A DNA stretch of 64,000 nt from Bdellovibrionales bacterium (GCA_965217115.1 OZ244239.1:1856001-1920000), one strand, 5' to 3'; positions 1-13,313 are shown, counted from the stretch's first letter. Notes: generated by a model from the letters alone, not told the origin. A program made the numbers and translations.

Positions 1-487
1 ACGTGTATTGGTTTTTGCCAAGGGGCCTAAAGAGAGTGAGGCTAAAGAGGCGGGAGCTGATTTTATTGGTGGCGATGATTTGGTTGAGAAGATCAAAGGC
101 GGTTGGCTTGATTTCGATAAAGCGATTGCAACTCCTGATATGATGGCGACGGTGGCTAAGGTGGCAAAGATATTAGGCCCCCGTGGAATGATGCCGAACC
201 CCAAGGTGGGAACAGTGACGATGAATGTAAAGTCGGCTGTGGAAGCTGAGAAAAAGGGTAAGTTGAGTTATCGGGTGGACAAGGCGGGAATTATTCATGC
301 GAGTGTCGGTCGTAAAGAGATGGGAGCCGATAAGTTGAAGGATAATTTTTTGGTTCTTTTAGGTGCAGTGGTGAAGGCGAAACCTTCGGCGAGTAAAGGG
401 GTGTACATTAAGGCGGTGAGTTTATCGTCGACGATGGGCCTTGGAGTGAAATTAGATGTGACTCAGGCTCAGGGACAGTTGTCTTAA
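1..487 (+). CDS. rplA: 50S ribosomal protein L1 (5'-truncated by window)
   Basis: [31 protein letters not shown] and [10 protein letters not shown] motifs; lies upstream of rplJ. Confidence 0.98.
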   Translation, partial: RVLVFAKGPKESEAKEAGADFIGGDDLVEKIKGGWLDFDKAIATPDMMATVAKVAKILGPRGMMPNPKVGTVTMNVKSAVEAEKKGKLSYRVDKAGIIHASVGRKEMGADKLKDNFLVLLGAVVKAKPSASKGVYIKAVSLSSTMGLGVKLDVTQAQGQLS

Positions 488-512
488 AGATGCAGGAGTT
501 TTTATTAACTTT

Positions 513-572
513 GCGGTCAGAGAAAGTAGGTACTGGTAACAGTTTAAAATACGCCTATCGAGATGGTAGAGG
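513..572 (+). promoter_or_regulatory. L10 leader (r-protein autoregulatory RNA)
   Basis: GGTCAGAGAAAGTAGGT-(ACTGGTAACAGT hairpin)-TTAA...CCTATCGAGA between rplA and rplJ resembles the L10-leader pattern. Confidence 0.7.
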
Positions 573-656
573 TTGGAATATTTTTTTTAAAGAGATTAAA
601 AAAAGTTCTTTCTCCTCAAACATTCTGAACGTAAGAAAAAGTAGAAGGAGTGGCCT

Positions 657-1181
657 ATGATGACTCGAGCAAAAAAAGCCGAGGTTATTGCTGGTCTTTC
701 CGAGCGTTTTGGTAAAGCCAATGCTGCTTTTTTGGCAGATTTTAGAGGAATGGATGTGGATCAGGTCACAAACTTGAGAAAGCAGTTATCTCCTTTGAAA
801 TCTGAAATAAAAGTTGTGCGTAATACTTTAGCTAAGTTGGCTTTATCGGAACATCCGGAAACGAAAGAGGCACTTGAGGATGAATTTGTCGGCAATAATG
901 CTGTCATTTTCGCTTTTGAAGATGTGCCATCAGCAGCAAAGGCGTTGTCTGAATTTAGCAAGACTGTTGAGCATTTTAAAATAAAGTCAGGCTATATGGA
1001 CGGTCAAAAACTTGATCAGAAAGAGATTAAGTATTTGGCAACATTGCCGTCAAAGGACGAATTACGAGGAATGCTATTGGGAACATTGGCAGCACCAGCA
1101 TCTCAGTTTGTGCGTTTGCTTAGTGCAGTACCGAGTGGATTTGTTCGTGTTCTTGCGGCAAAGAAAGAGAGTGAGGAATAA
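657..1181 (+). CDS. rplJ: 50S ribosomal protein L10
   Basis: KVVRNTLAKLA, LATLPSKDEL; synteny. Confidence 0.97.
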   Translation: MMTRAKKAEVIAGLSERFGKANAAFLADFRGMDVDQVTNLRKQLSPLKSEIKVVRNTLAKLALSEHPETKEALEDEFVGNNAVIFAFEDVPSAAKALSEFSKTVEHFKIKSGYMDGQKLDQKEIKYLATLPSKDELRGMLLGTLAAPASQFVRLLSAVPSGFVRVLAAKKESEE

Positions 1182-1239
1182 GTTGAGAGTTAATTTGAGA
1201 AGACTAATTTTAATTTTTTAAAAAAAATGGAGAGGAAAA

Positions 1240-1617
1240 ATGGCAGATTTAAATAAAGAGCAAGTAGTAGAATTTTTATCAGCAATGCCCGTAATGGATT
1301 TAGCTAATTTGATTGGTGAATTAGAGGAAAAATGGGGTGTGAGTGCGGCGGCTCCTGTGGCTGCAGCGGCAGGGCCAGCAGCAGGTGGAGAGGCAGCCGA
1401 GGCTAAAACTGAGTTTGATGTGATTTTGGCTGAAATTGGTGGCAATAAAATCTCAGTGATTAAAGAGGTTCGTGCGATCACAGGTTTGGGTTTGAAAGAG
1501 GCCAAAGATCTTGTTGAGGGTGCTCCGAAGACAGTTAAAGAGGCAGCTCCTAAAGAAGAGTGTGACAAAATCAAGGAAGCTCTAGAAAAAGCGGGAGCAA
1601 AAGTAGAGATTAAGTAA
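1240..1617 (+). CDS. rplL: 50S ribosomal protein L7/L12
   Basis: [28 protein letters not shown]. Confidence 0.98.
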   Translation: MADLNKEQVVEFLSAMPVMDLANLIGELEEKWGVSAAAPVAAAAGPAAGGEAAEAKTEFDVILAEIGGNKISVIKEVRAITGLGLKEAKDLVEGAPKTVKEAAPKEECDKIKEALEKAGAKVEIK

Positions 1618-1730
1618 TTTTAAAAATAGACCGTATTAGCTCAAGTGGTGGTGAGACTTTTTAGAGTCTCATCGTTGATTTTTTTATCCGTGTTTTTTTT
1701 TATTGAGAGATAACTTTGTAAGGAGAGAGA

Positions 1731-4700
1731 ATGCAAACTCCGGTGACAGCCTCAAATAAGCGTATTCGTTTGAACTACGCTCATACACAGAACTCTATTG
1801 AGATACCTAATTTAATTGCTTTGCAGAAAAAGTCCTATGAAAGGTTTTTGCAGAGAGACGTTGATCCTGATCGTCGTCTAGAAGAGGGAATCCAATCGGT
1901 TTTTAAAGCGGTTTTTCCTATTCATGATTTCAATCAGACGGCAAGTTTAGAGTTTGTGAGTTACATGATGGAATCTCCTAAGTATGACGTGGATGAATGT
2001 CGTCAACGAGGGGTGACTTATGCGGCTCCCGTGAAAGTCACTTTGCGTTTGATTGTTTTTGAAGTGGATGAGGAGACAGATGCTAAAAACATTCGTGATG
2101 TGAAGGAGCAGGAGGTTTATCTTGGTGAAGTTCCTTTGATGACGGCCAATGGGTCTTTTATCGTTAACGGAACTGAGCGTGTGGTTGTGAGTCAATTGCA
2201 TCGTTCTCCAGGTATTTTCTTTGACCATGATAAGGGTAAAAATAACGCCAGTGGTAAGTTGATTTATTCAGCCCGAATGATTCCCTACCGTGGGTCGTGG
2301 TTGGATTTAGAGTTTGATCAGAAAGATATTTTACATATTCGTATTGATCGAAGAAGAAAGTTTCCAGCGACGATTTTATTAAAAGCTCTTGGTTATGATA
2401 GTGAAAAGATTTTAGATTACTATTATGATCTGGATGATGTTAATTACCGAAAAGGAAAATTTTTCCGATCATTGAATATTGATCGTATTGCGGGACAGAG
2501 AGCACCGAGTGATATTGTAAACCCTAAGACGGGTGATGTTTTAGTGAATATTGGTCGCCGCGTGACTCGTTCGATGGTGCAGAAAGTAAAAGATGCTAAA
2601 TTAAAAGAAGTGGAAGTCTCCATCGAAGAGCTAGAGGGTAAGGTTATTGCTCGTCCTCTTATCGATGAGACGACAGGTGAGATCATTGCTGATTGTAACT
2701 CCGAGCTGACTGCTGAAATTTTAGAGCAAGTGGTTGCAGTGGGGATAGATCATTTTAAAATCATCTTCTTTGATGGACTCACTGTTGGTCCGTTTTTGCG
2801 TAACACCCTTTTAGTGGATAAAATTAACACAAAAGACGAAGCTCTTTTGGAAATTTATAAACGCCTGCGTCCAGGTGAACCGCCAACGGTTGAAGCGGCT
2901 GAGAAGTTTTTTGGACGCTTGTTTTTTGATCCTGAAGCTTATGATTTGAGTGAAGTGGGTCGTATTAAAATCAATCATCGCTTTGGTATCTCTATGGAGG
3001 AGTGTCCTCCTGAGCATCGCACACTGACTCACCATGATATTTTATCAACGGTGAAGACGTTGGTGGATTTGAAAAATGGTCAGGGCAAGGTTGATGATAT
3101 TGACCATCTTGGCAATCGTCGTGTGCGTTCGGTGGGCGAATTATTGGAAAATCAATATCGTATTGGTTTAGTGAGAATGGAAAGAGCCATTCGTGAAAGA
3201 ATGAGTTTACAAGATCTTGAGACGATGATGCCCCATGATTTGGTGAATGCAAAACCAGTGAGTGCGGTGGTGAAAGAATTTTTCGGTTCGAGTCAGTTAT
3301 CCCAGTTTATGGATCAGACGAATCCTCTGTCGGAAATCACCCATAAGCGTCGATTGTCGGCATTGGGACCAGGTGGGTTGACACGTGACCGTGCGGGTTT
3401 TGAAGTTCGTGATGTGCATCCGACCCATTATGGGAGAATCTGTCCCATTGAAACTCCTGAGGGACCGAACATTGGGTTGATTGCTTCGTTGGCTACTTAT
3501 GCGCGCATTAATGATTATGGTTTCATTGAAACTCCCTATCAAAATGTGAAAGGTGGTAAAATCTCCAAGGATGTTCGTTATATGTCAGCTCTAGAGGAGC
3601 AGGGTCATTCCATTGCTCAAGCTGGTGATCAGTATGTGACTAAGGGTAAGATCAATCGTGAGACGATGATTTGTCGCATGGATGGAGAGTATCAGATTAC
3701 GGAGACAGAGAAGGTGAGTTTAATGGATGTGTCTCCGAGTCAGTTGGTATCGATTGCAGCGTCGCTGATTCCTTTTCTTGAACACGATGATGCGAACCGT
3801 GCTTTGATGGGATCGAATATGCAGAGACAGGCGGTGCCATTGCTCCGTTCCCGTGCTCCATTAGTGGGGACAGGAGTTGAACGTTTGGTGGCTAAAGACT
3901 CTGGAACGAGTGTTGTTTGTACCAATGATGGTGTGGTTGAGGAAGTGGATGCTTCACGTATAGTGGTTCGTCGTCTAGCTAAGGCTGGTCAATTGGGTGC
4001 GAACGTGGATATTTATAATTTAACAAAATATCAAAGAACGAATCAGAACACTTGTTTTAATCAAAAGCCGATTGTGTCTAAAGGTGATATAATTCATCGC
4101 CACGACGTGATTGCAGATGGCCCCTCTACAGAGTTGGGCGAGTTGGCTTTGGGGCAGAATATTGTGGTCGCCTTTACACCTTGGATGGGCTTCAACTACG
4201 AGGATTCTATTCTGATTTCTGAGCGTTTGATTCGCGATGATGTTTACACTTCTATTCATGTGGAAGAGTTTGAATGTGTGTCTCGTGATACGAAGCTGGG
4301 TAAAGAAGAGGTGTCCCGTGATATAGCTAATGTGGGTGAGGAAGCCTTGAGCGATTTGGACGCATCGGGTGTTATTCGTGTTGGTGCGGAAGTGAATCCA
4401 GGTGAAATTCTTGTAGGTAAAGTAACTCCTAAAGGAGAGACGCAGTTATCTCCTGAGGAAAAACTTTTACGGGCTATTTTTGGTGAAAAAGCTGGAGATG
4501 TGCGTGATACATCTTTGCGCGTGCCATCAGGTGTTTATGGAACAGTGATTGATGCCCAGGTTTACAGTCGTGAAGGTGCTGATCGCGATGAGCGTTTGCA
4601 GGCGATCATTGAAGAGAAAAAACAAAAATTAGAGAAAGATTTAGGAGTCGAAAAGAACGTTATTAGAAACAACGCTGTTGAGAAACTCAAAGGTATTCTT

Positions 4701-6032
4701 GTGGGTAAGGAGACAACGGGTGTTCTTTTGAACGAAGATGGTTCAAAGAAGCTTCTGGATAAAGGACAAACACTGACAGAGGCGGATTTAGAGGCTGTTC
4801 CTTTTGACCTGTTGATGTATGTTCCCGTGTCTTCGGAGCTTGAGAGTTTGGTGTCTAAGGGCATGGACAGTGCGAGAAATCAACTCGAAGCGGTGGATCT
4901 TGTTTTTAACGAGAAGATTGATCGTCTTTACAAGGGTGATGAATTACCTCCTGGTGTGATTAAGATGGTGAAAGTTTACGTGGCTATTAAACGTAAATTG
5001 CAAGTGGGTGATAAATTTGCTGGTCGCCATGGAAACAAGGGTGTGATTTCAAAAGTGTTAGCCCAGGCAGATATGCCTTACCTTGATGATGGCACGCCCG
5101 TAGACATGGTTTTGAATCCTCTGGGTGTTCCTTCACGGATGAACATTGGGCAAATCTTGGAAACTCACTTGGGCTGGGCGGCTTATAATTTAGGGAAACA
5201 ATTGTCTGAGTACATTGATAACTACAAGGAAGAGTCGGTGAGGAAGGCGTTGAAAGCAGCCTATAATTCTCCTGAAATCAGCACTAAAATTGATGGAGCT
5301 GATGATAACTCTCTTCGGAGTATGTTGAATTATGTGAAGCATGGAATCCATGTGGCAACTCCAGTGTTTGATGGGGCCAAAGAATTGGATGTGAAAGAGC
5401 TTCTCTCTCGTGCGGCAGTTTCTGAAAATGGTCGTTCGATTGTTCATGATGGTCGTACGGGTGAACCATTTGGAAACCCTGTGACTGTCGGTGTGATGTA
5501 CATGTTGAAACTTCATCATTTGGTGGAGGAGAAAATTCATGCCCGTTCTATTGGGCCTTACTCTTTGGTTTCTCAGCAACCTCTTGGCGGTAAAGCTCAG
5601 TTTGGTGGACAGAGACTCGGAGAGATGGAAGTTTGGGCTATTGAAGCTTATGGTGCCGCCTATGCTTTGCAAGAGTTCCTAACAGTCAAATCAGATGATG
5701 TGGCTGGAAGAACGAGAATGTATGAGAGCATTGTTAAAGGTGAGAACGTACTTGAACCGGGGCTTCCAGAGTCTTTCAATGTTTTAGTTAAGGAGCTGCA
5801 GGCTCTGGGCTTGAATGTGGAATTGCTGGAATCAGGAGCCTTGGCTCAAGATGATGACGAGCATGCTTCAGGAATTCATGTTGAGGATGAAACGGGGATT
5901 GCAGAAGCTGAGTTTTCAGGGGAGATATCTCTGATTGGTGATGCTAAAAAAACTGCTGCCAACGAGAATTCGAGCGATGAAGAGTCACCTGATGAAAAGT
6001 TATCTAATGATGATAGTGAGACACAACATTAA
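1731..6032 (+). CDS. rpoB: DNA-directed RNA polymerase beta subunit
   Basis: [45 protein letters not shown]; acidic C-terminal tail. Confidence 0.99.
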   Translation: MQTPVTASNKRIRLNYAHTQNSIEIPNLIALQKKSYERFLQRDVDPDRRLEEGIQSVFKAVFPIHDFNQTASLEFVSYMMESPKYDVDECRQRGVTYAAPVKVTLRLIVFEVDEETDAKNIRDVKEQEVYLGEVPLMTANGSFIVNGTERVVVSQLHRSPGIFFDHDKGKNNASGKLIYSARMIPYRGSWLDLEFDQKDILHIRIDRRRKFPATILLKALGYDSEKILDYYYDLDDVNYRKGKFFRSLNIDRIAGQRAPSDIVNPKTGDVLVNIGRRVTRSMVQKVKDAKLKEVEVSIEELEGKVIARPLIDETTGEIIADCNSELTAEILEQVVAVGIDHFKIIFFDGLTVGPFLRNTLLVDKINTKDEALLEIYKRLRPGEPPTVEAAEKFFGRLFFDPEAYDLSEVGRIKINHRFGISMEECPPEHRTLTHHDILSTVKTLVDLKNGQGKVDDIDHLGNRRVRSVGELLENQYRIGLVRMERAIRERMSLQDLETMMPHDLVNAKPVSAVVKEFFGSSQLSQFMDQTNPLSEITHKRRLSALGPGGLTRDRAGFEVRDVHPTHYGRICPIETPEGPNIGLIASLATYARINDYGFIETPYQNVKGGKISKDVRYMSALEEQGHSIAQAGDQYVTKGKINRETMICRMDGEYQITETEKVSLMDVSPSQLVSIAASLIPFLEHDDANRALMGSNMQRQAVPLLRSRAPLVGTGVERLVAKDSGTSVVCTNDGVVEEVDASRIVVRRLAKAGQLGANVDIYNLTKYQRTNQNTCFNQKPIVSKGDIIHRHDVIADGPSTELGELALGQNIVVAFTPWMGFNYEDSILISERLIRDDVYTSIHVEEFECVSRDTKLGKEEVSRDIANVGEEALSDLDASGVIRVGAEVNPGEILVGKVTPKGETQLSPEEKLLRAIFGEKAGDVRDTSLRVPSGVYGTVIDAQVYSREGADRDERLQAIIEEKKQKLEKDLGVEKNVIRNNAVEKLKGILVGKETTGVLLNEDGSKKLLDKGQTLTEADLEAVPFDLLMYVPVSSELESLVSKGMDSARNQLEAVDLVFNEKIDRLYKGDELPPGVIKMVKVYVAIKRKLQVGDKFAGRHGNKGVISKVLAQADMPYLDDGTPVDMVLNPLGVPSRMNIGQILETHLGWAAYNLGKQLSEYIDNYKEESVRKALKAAYNSPEISTKIDGADDNSLRSMLNYVKHGIHVATPVFDGAKELDVKELLSRAAVSENGRSIVHDGRTGEPFGNPVTVGVMYMLKLHHLVEEKIHARSIGPYSLVSQQPLGGKAQFGGQRLGEMEVWAIEAYGAAYALQEFLTVKSDDVAGRTRMYESIVKGENVLEPGLPESFNVLVKELQALGLNVELLESGALAQDDDEHASGIHVEDETGIAEAEFSGEISLIGDAKKTAANENSSDEESPDEKLSNDDSETQH

Positions 6033-6072
6033 TGCAGATTAAATTTTTTTACTTAACTAGTAGGAGCCAATC

Positions 6073-9000
6073 TTGAGAGACTTGTTGAATTTTTTCGATA
6101 AACCGAAGGATCCTTTGTCATTTAATGCAGTACGAGTTTCGTTAGCTTCACCGGGTATGATCAGAGATTGGTCTTTTGGTGAAGTGAAGAAGCCAGAAAC
6201 GATTAATTATCGAACATTTAAGCCAGAAAAAGACGGACTTTTTTGCGCTAAAATTTTTGGTCCGATTAAAGATTACGAATGTCTGTGTGGTAAGTACAAA
6301 AGGATGAAGTATCGCGGAGTGATTTGTGAGAAGTGTGGAGTCGAGGTGACTCAATCCAAGGTTCGTCGTGAGCGTCTGGGACATATTGAATTGGCCGCTC
6401 CTGTGGCACATATTTGGTTCCTACGTTCTCTACCGAGTCGTATCGGAAATCTTTTAAACTTGGCTCTTAAGGATGTTGAGAGGATTCTCTATTGTGAATC
6501 CTATGTGGTTTGGGACCCGATGGAAACGAGTTTGGAAGAGGGACAGATATTAACTGAAACTGCCTATCAAGAGGCGTTGAGTGAGCATGGTCCAAATTTT
6601 AAAGCGGGAATTGGTGGAGACGCCATTCGTGAGTTGTTAAAGAAGATTGATACAGAGTTTTTGGCTCGTCAGTTACGCGTAGAAATTCGTGAGACAAAAT
6701 CAGAGACTCAGACAAAAAAATTGACAAAACGTTTGAAGGTGGTTGAGGCGTTTAGAGGTTCGATCAATAATCCTGACTGGATGATGTTAGATATTTTACC
6801 AGTGTTGCCCCCTGATCTTCGTCCGTTGGTTCCTTTAGATGGTGGACGTTTTGCGACGTCTGATTTGAATGATCTCTATCGTCGTGTGATCAATCGTAAT
6901 AATCGTTTGAAACGTCTTCAGGAGTTAAATGCTCCAGGAATTATTATTCGTAATGAGAAGAGAATGTTGCAAGAGGCAGTGGATGCTCTCTTGGATAATG
7001 GTCGTCGTGGTAAGACTTTTACGGGTCCTAATAAACGTCCTCTACGTTCATTGAGTGATATGTTGAAAGGGAAGCAAGGCCGTTTTCGTCAAAACCTCTT
7101 GGGGAAACGTGTGGATTATTCAGGCCGTTCAGTTATTACGGTGGGTCCGACGTTGAAACTCCATCAGTGTGGTTTGCCTAAGCAGATGGCGTTGGAATTG
7201 TTTAAACCTTTTGTTTATAACAAACTAGAAGAGGGTGGATTTGCCACAACGATCAAACAAGCCAAGCGTTTGGTGGATCAGAAGAGTGTTGAAATTTGGG
7301 ATATTCTCTCGGATGTGGTGAAAGAGCATCCAGTGATGTTGAACCGTGCGCCGACGCTTCATCGTCTTGGTATTCAGGCGTTTGAACCAGTTTTGCATGA
7401 AGGGAAGGCGATTCAGTTGCACCCTCTTGTCTGTACAGCTTTCAATGCCGATTTTGATGGCGATCAGATGGCTGTGCACGTGCCATTATCAGTAGAGGCT
7501 CAAGTTGAGGCCCGTGTATTGATGATGTCGACCAATAATATTTTAAGTCCAGCCAATGGTAAGCCTATTATTAATCCCACTCAGGATATTGTTTTGGGAA
7601 TGTACTGGATGACTCGTATTCGTCCTGGGGCTGAGGGTTCAGGCCGGGTTTTTTCTAATGTGGAAGAGGCTCTCTATGCCTATGAGACGGGAAAAATTCA
7701 TTTACAGGCTAAGTGCAAGGTTCGCATTCAGGGGAAATTAATTGAGACGAGTATAGGCCGTTCTATTTTGTCTGATATTGTTCCAGAAGAAGTGCCTTTT
7801 GATCATATCAATCGCGTGATGACGAAAAAGGAATTGGCCAATTTAATTGATATTTCTTTTCGTGTTGCGGGGGCGAAGGCAACTTGTATCCTTGCTGATC
7901 GAATTAAGGATTATGGATTTAAATACTCAACAACGGCAGGTATCTCTATTTGTTTAGATGATATGATCATCCCTGAGAGTAAAGGAAAACTTCTCGCCGA
8001 TTCTAAAAGTCAGGTTAAAGAGATTCAAGATCAGTACGATGAAGGTCTGATCACTGATGGTGAACGTTACAATAAAGTTGTGGATATTTGGGCACAAACG
8101 GCTGACAAACTCTCTAAAGAGATGATGGCCGGGTTGGAGACAGAGGAATTTGACCTTGGTGATGGTAAGAGAGAAAAGGCTGATAGTTTTAACTCAGTTT
8201 TTATCATGGCGGATTCGGGAGCGAGGGGTTCGGCGGCGCAGATTCGTCAGTTGGCGGCGATGCGTGGTTTGATGGCGAAACCTTCTGGAGAAATTATTGA
8301 AAATCCGATCATAGCAAACTTTCGGGAAGGCTTGTCGGTTCTTGAGTATTTTATTTCCACCCATGGTGCGCGTAAAGGTTTGGCGGATACGGCTTTGAAA
8401 ACGGCGAACTCGGGTTACTTGACCCGTCGTTTGGTGGATGTGGCTCAGGATGTGGTTGTTTCGGAACTTGATTGTGGAACGGGCAGTGGAATTGAGATCA
8501 CTTCATTGGTAGAAGGGGGAGATATTATTCAATCTCTTGGTGATCGTATTTTAGGTCGAACGCTTCTTGAGGATGTCATAGATCCTTATAGTAAAACGTT
8601 ATTACTTGAGGCAGGAACTGAGATTACAGAAAAACATTTACCGATCATTGACAATGCGGCTATTGATTCTGCTCGTATACGCACGGCTCTGACTTGTGAG
8701 TCTCGTCGTGGTGTTTGTGTGAAGTGTTACGGTCGAGATTTAGCTCGGGGGAACACTGTGAATTTAGGGGAGACTGTGGGAATTATCGCAGCTCAATCTA
8801 TTGGTGAGCCGGGAACACAGTTGACAATGAGAACCTTCCATCTAGGTGGAACAGCTTCTCGTTCGGTGGAGAGTTCAGTTCACTCCACTCGCTTTGATGG
8901 AACAGTGAAATTTGAAAACATTATGTTTGTTAAGAACAAGAACGGCAAGTTGACGGTGATGAATCGTAATGGTGACGTTATGATTCTGGACGAGAGTGGT

Positions 9001-10218
9001 CGTGAGCGTGAGAGATTCAAAATGGTTTATGGTGCTATTTTGATGTTTGAAGAAGGGACTAAGGTTTCAAGGGGTGATACGATTGCTGAGTGGGACCCTT
9101 ATACGAATCCGATTGTGACTGAGGTTTCTGGTCGGGTTAAATATGAGGATATCACTGAGGGTGTGACGATGCAGCGTCAGGTGGATCCAGTGACAGGATT
9201 TTCCACGGCAGTCATCATAGAGTCAAAATCAGCCGATATCAAACCAACTCTCTGGTTGGTGGATGAAAAAGGTGAACCGATTAAGTTACCAGGGCGTGAT
9301 ATTCCGGCTCGTTATATTATTCCTGTGGGCTCGCAATTGTTGCCACAAGATGGGGATGATATTCACTCGGGTGATGTCATCGTGAAGATTCATAAAGAGG
9401 CGAGTAAAACTCGTGATATTACGGGTGGTTTGCCCCGTGTGGCTGAGTTGTTTGAGGCGAGAAAGCCAAAAGACGGCGCGATTATTACTGAGATTGATGG
9501 TTATGTGACTTTTGGTAAAGATGTAAAAGGGAAACAGCGTGTTCTGGTGACACCTGAACTCGGTGAACAGCGTGAGTATTTGATTCCCAAGGGGAAGCAT
9601 GTGGCTGTGAGAGAAGGGGAATTCGTTCGTTCTGGTGAGGCGTTAATGGATGGACCGACGAACCCCCATGATGTGTTAAAAGTTTTGGGTGACGAGGCTC
9701 TGGCGGCTTATATGGTGAATGAGGTTCAGGAAGTTTATCGTCTTCAAGGTGTTGGAATAAATGACAAACACATTGAGGTGATTGTTCGTCAAATGATGAG
9801 AAAGGTGGAGGTTCTGGACCCAGGTGATACGACTTTTCTGGCTGGTGAGCATGTGGAAAAAACGACGTTTGCCGATCAGAATGGGAAGGTCATGGGAGAT
9901 GGAGGTCAGGTGGCCACGTCATATCCCCTTCTCTTGGGTATTACAAAGGTCTCTTTAAGTACGGAATCGTGGATTTCGGCGGCCTCTTTCCAGGAGACGA
10001 CAAAGGTGTTAACTGAGGCGGCGATCAACTCTAAGACGGATTCCCTTCGGGGGCTCAAAGAGAACGTAATTATGGGACGTTTGATTCCTGCGGGAACGGG
10101 TGTTCCGTCCTATAAGAGATGGGATATAAATGTGAAAAACCAGGATCAGGAGGCGCCGTCGAGGGCGTTGCCAGGTATGGGCGGGTCGGCAACAGTGAAT
10201 CCAGCGACTTACCCTTAA
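6073..10218 (+). CDS. rpoC: DNA-directed RNA polymerase beta' subunit (TTG start)
   Basis: [12 protein letters not shown] catalytic motif; N-terminal zinc ribbon. Confidence 0.99.
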   Translation: MRDLLNFFDKPKDPLSFNAVRVSLASPGMIRDWSFGEVKKPETINYRTFKPEKDGLFCAKIFGPIKDYECLCGKYKRMKYRGVICEKCGVEVTQSKVRRERLGHIELAAPVAHIWFLRSLPSRIGNLLNLALKDVERILYCESYVVWDPMETSLEEGQILTETAYQEALSEHGPNFKAGIGGDAIRELLKKIDTEFLARQLRVEIRETKSETQTKKLTKRLKVVEAFRGSINNPDWMMLDILPVLPPDLRPLVPLDGGRFATSDLNDLYRRVINRNNRLKRLQELNAPGIIIRNEKRMLQEAVDALLDNGRRGKTFTGPNKRPLRSLSDMLKGKQGRFRQNLLGKRVDYSGRSVITVGPTLKLHQCGLPKQMALELFKPFVYNKLEEGGFATTIKQAKRLVDQKSVEIWDILSDVVKEHPVMLNRAPTLHRLGIQAFEPVLHEGKAIQLHPLVCTAFNADFDGDQMAVHVPLSVEAQVEARVLMMSTNNILSPANGKPIINPTQDIVLGMYWMTRIRPGAEGSGRVFSNVEEALYAYETGKIHLQAKCKVRIQGKLIETSIGRSILSDIVPEEVPFDHINRVMTKKELANLIDISFRVAGAKATCILADRIKDYGFKYSTTAGISICLDDMIIPESKGKLLADSKSQVKEIQDQYDEGLITDGERYNKVVDIWAQTADKLSKEMMAGLETEEFDLGDGKREKADSFNSVFIMADSGARGSAAQIRQLAAMRGLMAKPSGEIIENPIIANFREGLSVLEYFISTHGARKGLADTALKTANSGYLTRRLVDVAQDVVVSELDCGTGSGIEITSLVEGGDIIQSLGDRILGRTLLEDVIDPYSKTLLLEAGTEITEKHLPIIDNAAIDSARIRTALTCESRRGVCVKCYGRDLARGNTVNLGETVGIIAAQSIGEPGTQLTMRTFHLGGTASRSVESSVHSTRFDGTVKFENIMFVKNKNGKLTVMNRNGDVMILDESGRERERFKMVYGAILMFEEGTKVSRGDTIAEWDPYTNPIVTEVSGRVKYEDITEGVTMQRQVDPVTGFSTAVIIESKSADIKPTLWLVDEKGEPIKLPGRDIPARYIIPVGSQLLPQDGDDIHSGDVIVKIHKEASKTRDITGGLPRVAELFEARKPKDGAIITEIDGYVTFGKDVKGKQRVLVTPELGEQREYLIPKGKHVAVREGEFVRSGEALMDGPTNPHDVLKVLGDEALAAYMVNEVQEVYRLQGVGINDKHIEVIVRQMMRKVEVLDPGDTTFLAGEHVEKTTFADQNGKVMGDGGQVATSYPLLLGITKVSLSTESWISAASFQETTKVLTEAAINSKTDSLRGLKENVIMGRLIPAGTGVPSYKRWDINVKNQDQEAPSRALPGMGGSATVNPATYP

Positions 10219-10269
10219 AAAGGGGTGGGTTTCTTTTTTGAGTGTGTCTTCCCATTTTGAGGGAGTTCC

Positions 10270-10298
10270 TTGACGAAATGTGCTTTTTTGTATAGTTT
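10270..10298 (+). promoter_or_regulatory. putative sigma70 promoter for rpsL-rpsG
   Basis: TTGACG at 10270, followed by TATAGT/TAGTTT at 15-17 nt spacing. Confidence 0.45.
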
Positions 10299-10378
10299 GT
10301 GGAACTCTTTGTTTTTGAGGGATTTTTAGAGTAAATAGGAACTAATTTTATTGAGGATGATTTATATGAGAGGAATGA

Positions 10379-10753
10379 ATGCCAACGATTAACCAATTAA
10401 TCAGACAGGGAAGAGACGTTAAAAAGAGAGCGAACAACTCTGCCGCTTTGAAAGCTTGCCCACAAAAGAGAGGGGTTTGTACCCGTGTTTATACAACAAC
10501 ACCTAAGAAGCCAAATTCAGCTTTGCGTAAGGTCGCCCGTGTGCGTTTGTCCAATGGACTTGAAGTGACGTCTTATATTCCAGGTATTGGTCATAACTTG
10601 CAGGAGCACAGTGTTGTTCTGGTTCGTGGTGGTCGGGTGAAAGATTTACCAGGTGTGCGTTTTCACATAGTGCGTGGTGTTCTTGATCTTCAGGGAGTGA
10701 GTGGTCGTCTTCGTGGACGTTCTAAATATGGTGCTAAGAAGCCTAAAAAATAA
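10379..10753 (+). CDS. rpsL: 30S ribosomal protein S12
   Basis: [20 protein letters not shown]. Confidence 0.99.
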   Translation: MPTINQLIRQGRDVKKRANNSAALKACPQKRGVCTRVYTTTPKKPNSALRKVARVRLSNGLEVTSYIPGIGHNLQEHSVVLVRGGRVKDLPGVRFHIVRGVLDLQGVSGRLRGRSKYGAKKPKK

Positions 10754-10773
10754 AAAGGAATAAGGGATAAACA

Positions 10774-11247
10774 ATGTCTAGACGCAGTGGTGCTTTTAAA
10801 AGAGAAATTACCCCAGACCCTGTTTACAATGATGTAACAGTGTCTAAGTTTATTAATAAAATTATGTTAAGTGGCAAGAAGAGTGTTGCTCAAAGTGTTT
10901 TTTATGACGCTCTAGAGGTCATTCGTGAAAAAACCGCCGATGAAGAACCTTTGGAGGTTTTCAAAAAGGCCGTTGATAACTGTAAACCTTCTTTAGAAGT
11001 TCGTTCCCGTCGTGTAGGTGGTTCCACCTATCAAGTTCCAGTGGATGTTCGTCCCACCCGTCGTTTGACATTGTCCATGCGTTGGTTGGTTGATTTCTCC
11101 CGCAAGCGTGGTGAGAGTGGTATGGCCCAGCGTTTGGCAGGAGAGTTGTTGGATGCGTCTAATAATCGTGGGAATGCGATTAAGAAGAAAGAGGACATTC
11201 ATCGGATGGCTGATGCGAATAAGGCATTCGCCCACTACAACTGGTAA
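10774..11247 (+). CDS. rpsG: 30S ribosomal protein S7
   Basis: [23 protein letters not shown]. Confidence 0.99.
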   Translation: MSRRSGAFKREITPDPVYNDVTVSKFINKIMLSGKKSVAQSVFYDALEVIREKTADEEPLEVFKKAVDNCKPSLEVRSRRVGGSTYQVPVDVRPTRRLTLSMRWLVDFSRKRGESGMAQRLAGELLDASNNRGNAIKKKEDIHRMADANKAFAHYNW

Positions 11248-11566
11248 TTTTTCTGCAGATAACCTTCGCATTTCTTCGTTGTTGCGTCGGCGCTGTACGC
11301 TTGTACAGCTTTCTCCTTACGCCTTGAACTGCTCGGTTCTCTTTGAAAAAAACATTATTGTATTGGTTAGTCATTAAATACCTCCTAGGATTATTTTTTA
11401 TGAAAAAAACCATAGCTGGGTCATGACCCAGAAGTTAAAGGGGGATTTGTGAGAGGGGATATATTCACGCTTGGGTGATTCAATTTTGGTTTATAGAATT
11501 GAGATATGAAGCTGAAGGTGTAGAACTCTGGTAGATAATTATATTATTTCTAGAGATATTTTTAAA

Positions 11567-12148
11567 TTAGGACATGCTGCTAAAGATCCATGAAAATAGA
11601 ATGGAAAATTTAACAAAAAGGATACTAATCACAAGTATAATTACCCCAGATGAATAAAGAGTTATAGAGATTAGAGATTTTCCCAAGCTTTTTAGTGCCT
11701 CTAAAATCTTGTTGTCTTTGTCGTCATTATTCTCATTTGTCTCTTCTTCATCTAATTTTAATGCAGCAACTGGAATTATATAGGAGAGATCTATATTTTC
11801 AATATTAAAATTACTGTTATTTTTATCTTTATTCATACTCTGTAAAGCCATAAGAATTATTTGAGAGATATTTTTTCTACTATCGTCATCAATGACTCTA
11901 GTATTTCCCCCCATATAATTAGAATGCTTTTTCAGTTCTTCCACGACCTCTTTACCTATGCTGGTATTTTCAAATTTTAGGAATAAAGAATTTAAAAATA
12001 AGTTTTTATTTTTTTCAAAGAGTTCTTGAGTGTGTTGATTATAAAGTTTTTGCATCTCTTCCAGATTTCTTTCGATTCCCAAGACCGAATAAGCATTCAA
12101 AAAAACGAAAAATTCACTGATGATAGCTGACAGGGTAAAGCAGAACAT
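11567..12148 (-). CDS. hypothetical membrane protein (hydrophobic N- and C-termini)
   Basis: 193-aa AT-rich ORF with a long C-terminal hydrophobic segment; no recognisable motif. Confidence 0.55.
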   Translation of the reverse strand: MFCFTLSAIISEFFVFLNAYSVLGIERNLEEMQKLYNQHTQELFEKNKNLFLNSLFLKFENTSIGKEVVEELKKHSNYMGGNTRVIDDDSRKNISQIILMALQSMNKDKNNSNFNIENIDLSYIIPVAALKLDEEETNENNDDKDNKILEALKSLGKSLISITLYSSGVIILVISILFVKFSILFSWIFSSMS

Positions 12149-12365
12149 CCAAAGAATAGGGCCTTATCCCGAGATGCTTGAGATAGAATTATAATTGATT
12201 AGAAATAGCACCAATGATGTTGAGTAAATTAGTAAGGAATTTTTTGAAAGAGAATAAGATGATTTCGTTATTAAATGGCTAAAGTGGGTTATTATTTCTA
12301 ATGTAAAGATATCTGCATTTATATCAGCAAGGGCAGTGTTAAGGTCGCTCTTTAGGCTCATGCTT

Positions 12366-13313
12366 TCAAACCTCGTTATTGCTTATAAGTTGTATAGCCC
12401 TGTTTTTTAATTCATTAGAGATATTTTTTTTAAGATTAATATATTTTTCTTTCCCTTCAATTTCTCGTGCCACTTGTACTTTCCCCTGTATAGACTTTAA
12501 ACAAGTAGAAGAGAGTTTAGTTAAGTCCTTATTGACAGCCCTTAGGGGGCTAAAAATTTCTTTTTTTAAGCTATGCTTTGTTGAGTGTTTTCCATTGTGA
12601 ATAACATTACCTGTTACAACTTTAGGACTGTTTTCATCAAAGTATCTTGTTTTCTTCTTTTTCACCTTAATCTCATGCTTTTTGAGCACTGTTCGGATTA
12701 AAGAATCAAGTTTTCTATCAATCCGATAACTTTTGGAGAAGGTCATGTCATCGACATAGAGAGTAAACTTCATTCCTTCCTGTTTTGATAAAGATTGTAT
12801 TTCATCGAAAATAGGTTTATGCATCCAAAAAGCCAGTACAGGGCTTACTGGGCTTCCAGTTGGTAGATAGCCATCTTTAAATATCAAGTCACAAAGAAAC
12901 CAAGATGTATCGGCATTAATTTTTAGGTAATGGTGGAAGAACCTGAAGCCGTACTCAGTCTTACAAGTTGGGAAAAAATTATCAATATCCATGTTTATTA
13001 GGTGTTTGGCTTCAAGGTGAAACTGTGCATTTTTTATATAACTTTCCCCTTTACATGATTTCAGGTAATTAGGTGGTTGAATCTGAGAAAGCAAACTTGC
13101 TAGAATATCATGAAGTTTTCTTAACTTTCCTATTGGTACAGTCGTTAGGCGCACTTTGCCTTTTTTGTCCTTGATGGTCCCATTTTTGAAAAGTTTATTT
13201 CTATCTTTCCAAATAGATTCAAGCTCTTTTCTACTCATGCTAAAAATCTTAGCAAGAAGTCCTTTTCCTTTTAAACAGTATAGTCTATGCTTTTCTTTCT
13301 GTACTAGAGTCAT
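12366..13313 (-). CDS. retron-type reverse transcriptase (type VI-like)
   Basis: Retron region X NAQFH (NAxxH), DIDNFF, LPTGSPVSP, catalytic YVDD, region Y VTG; 315 aa with no maturase or other fused domain. Confidence 0.92.
   Translation of the reverse strand: MTLVQKEKHRLYCLKGKGLLAKIFSMSRKELESIWKDRNKLFKNGTIKDKKGKVRLTTVPIGKLRKLHDILASLLSQIQPPNYLKSCKGESYIKNAQFHLEAKHLINMDIDNFFPTCKTEYGFRFFHHYLKINADTSWFLCDLIFKDGYLPTGSPVSPVLAFWMHKPIFDEIQSLSKQEGMKFTLYVDDMTFSKSYRIDRKLDSLIRTVLKKHEIKVKKKKTRYFDENSPKVVTGNVIHNGKHSTKHSLKKEIFSPLRAVNKDLTKLSSTCLKSIQGKVQVAREIEGKEKYINLKKNISNELKNRAIQLISNNEV

Noticed and set aside
761..10396. Numerous short antisense/alternate-frame ORFs within rplJ, rplL, rpoB and rpoC
   Set aside because: Shadow ORFs of conserved genes with no motifs or RBS.
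12366..13313. Group II intron, DGR or CRISPR-associated RT
   Set aside because: Short RT with NAxxH/VTG retron motifs; no maturase domain, no TR/VR repeat pair, no cas1.
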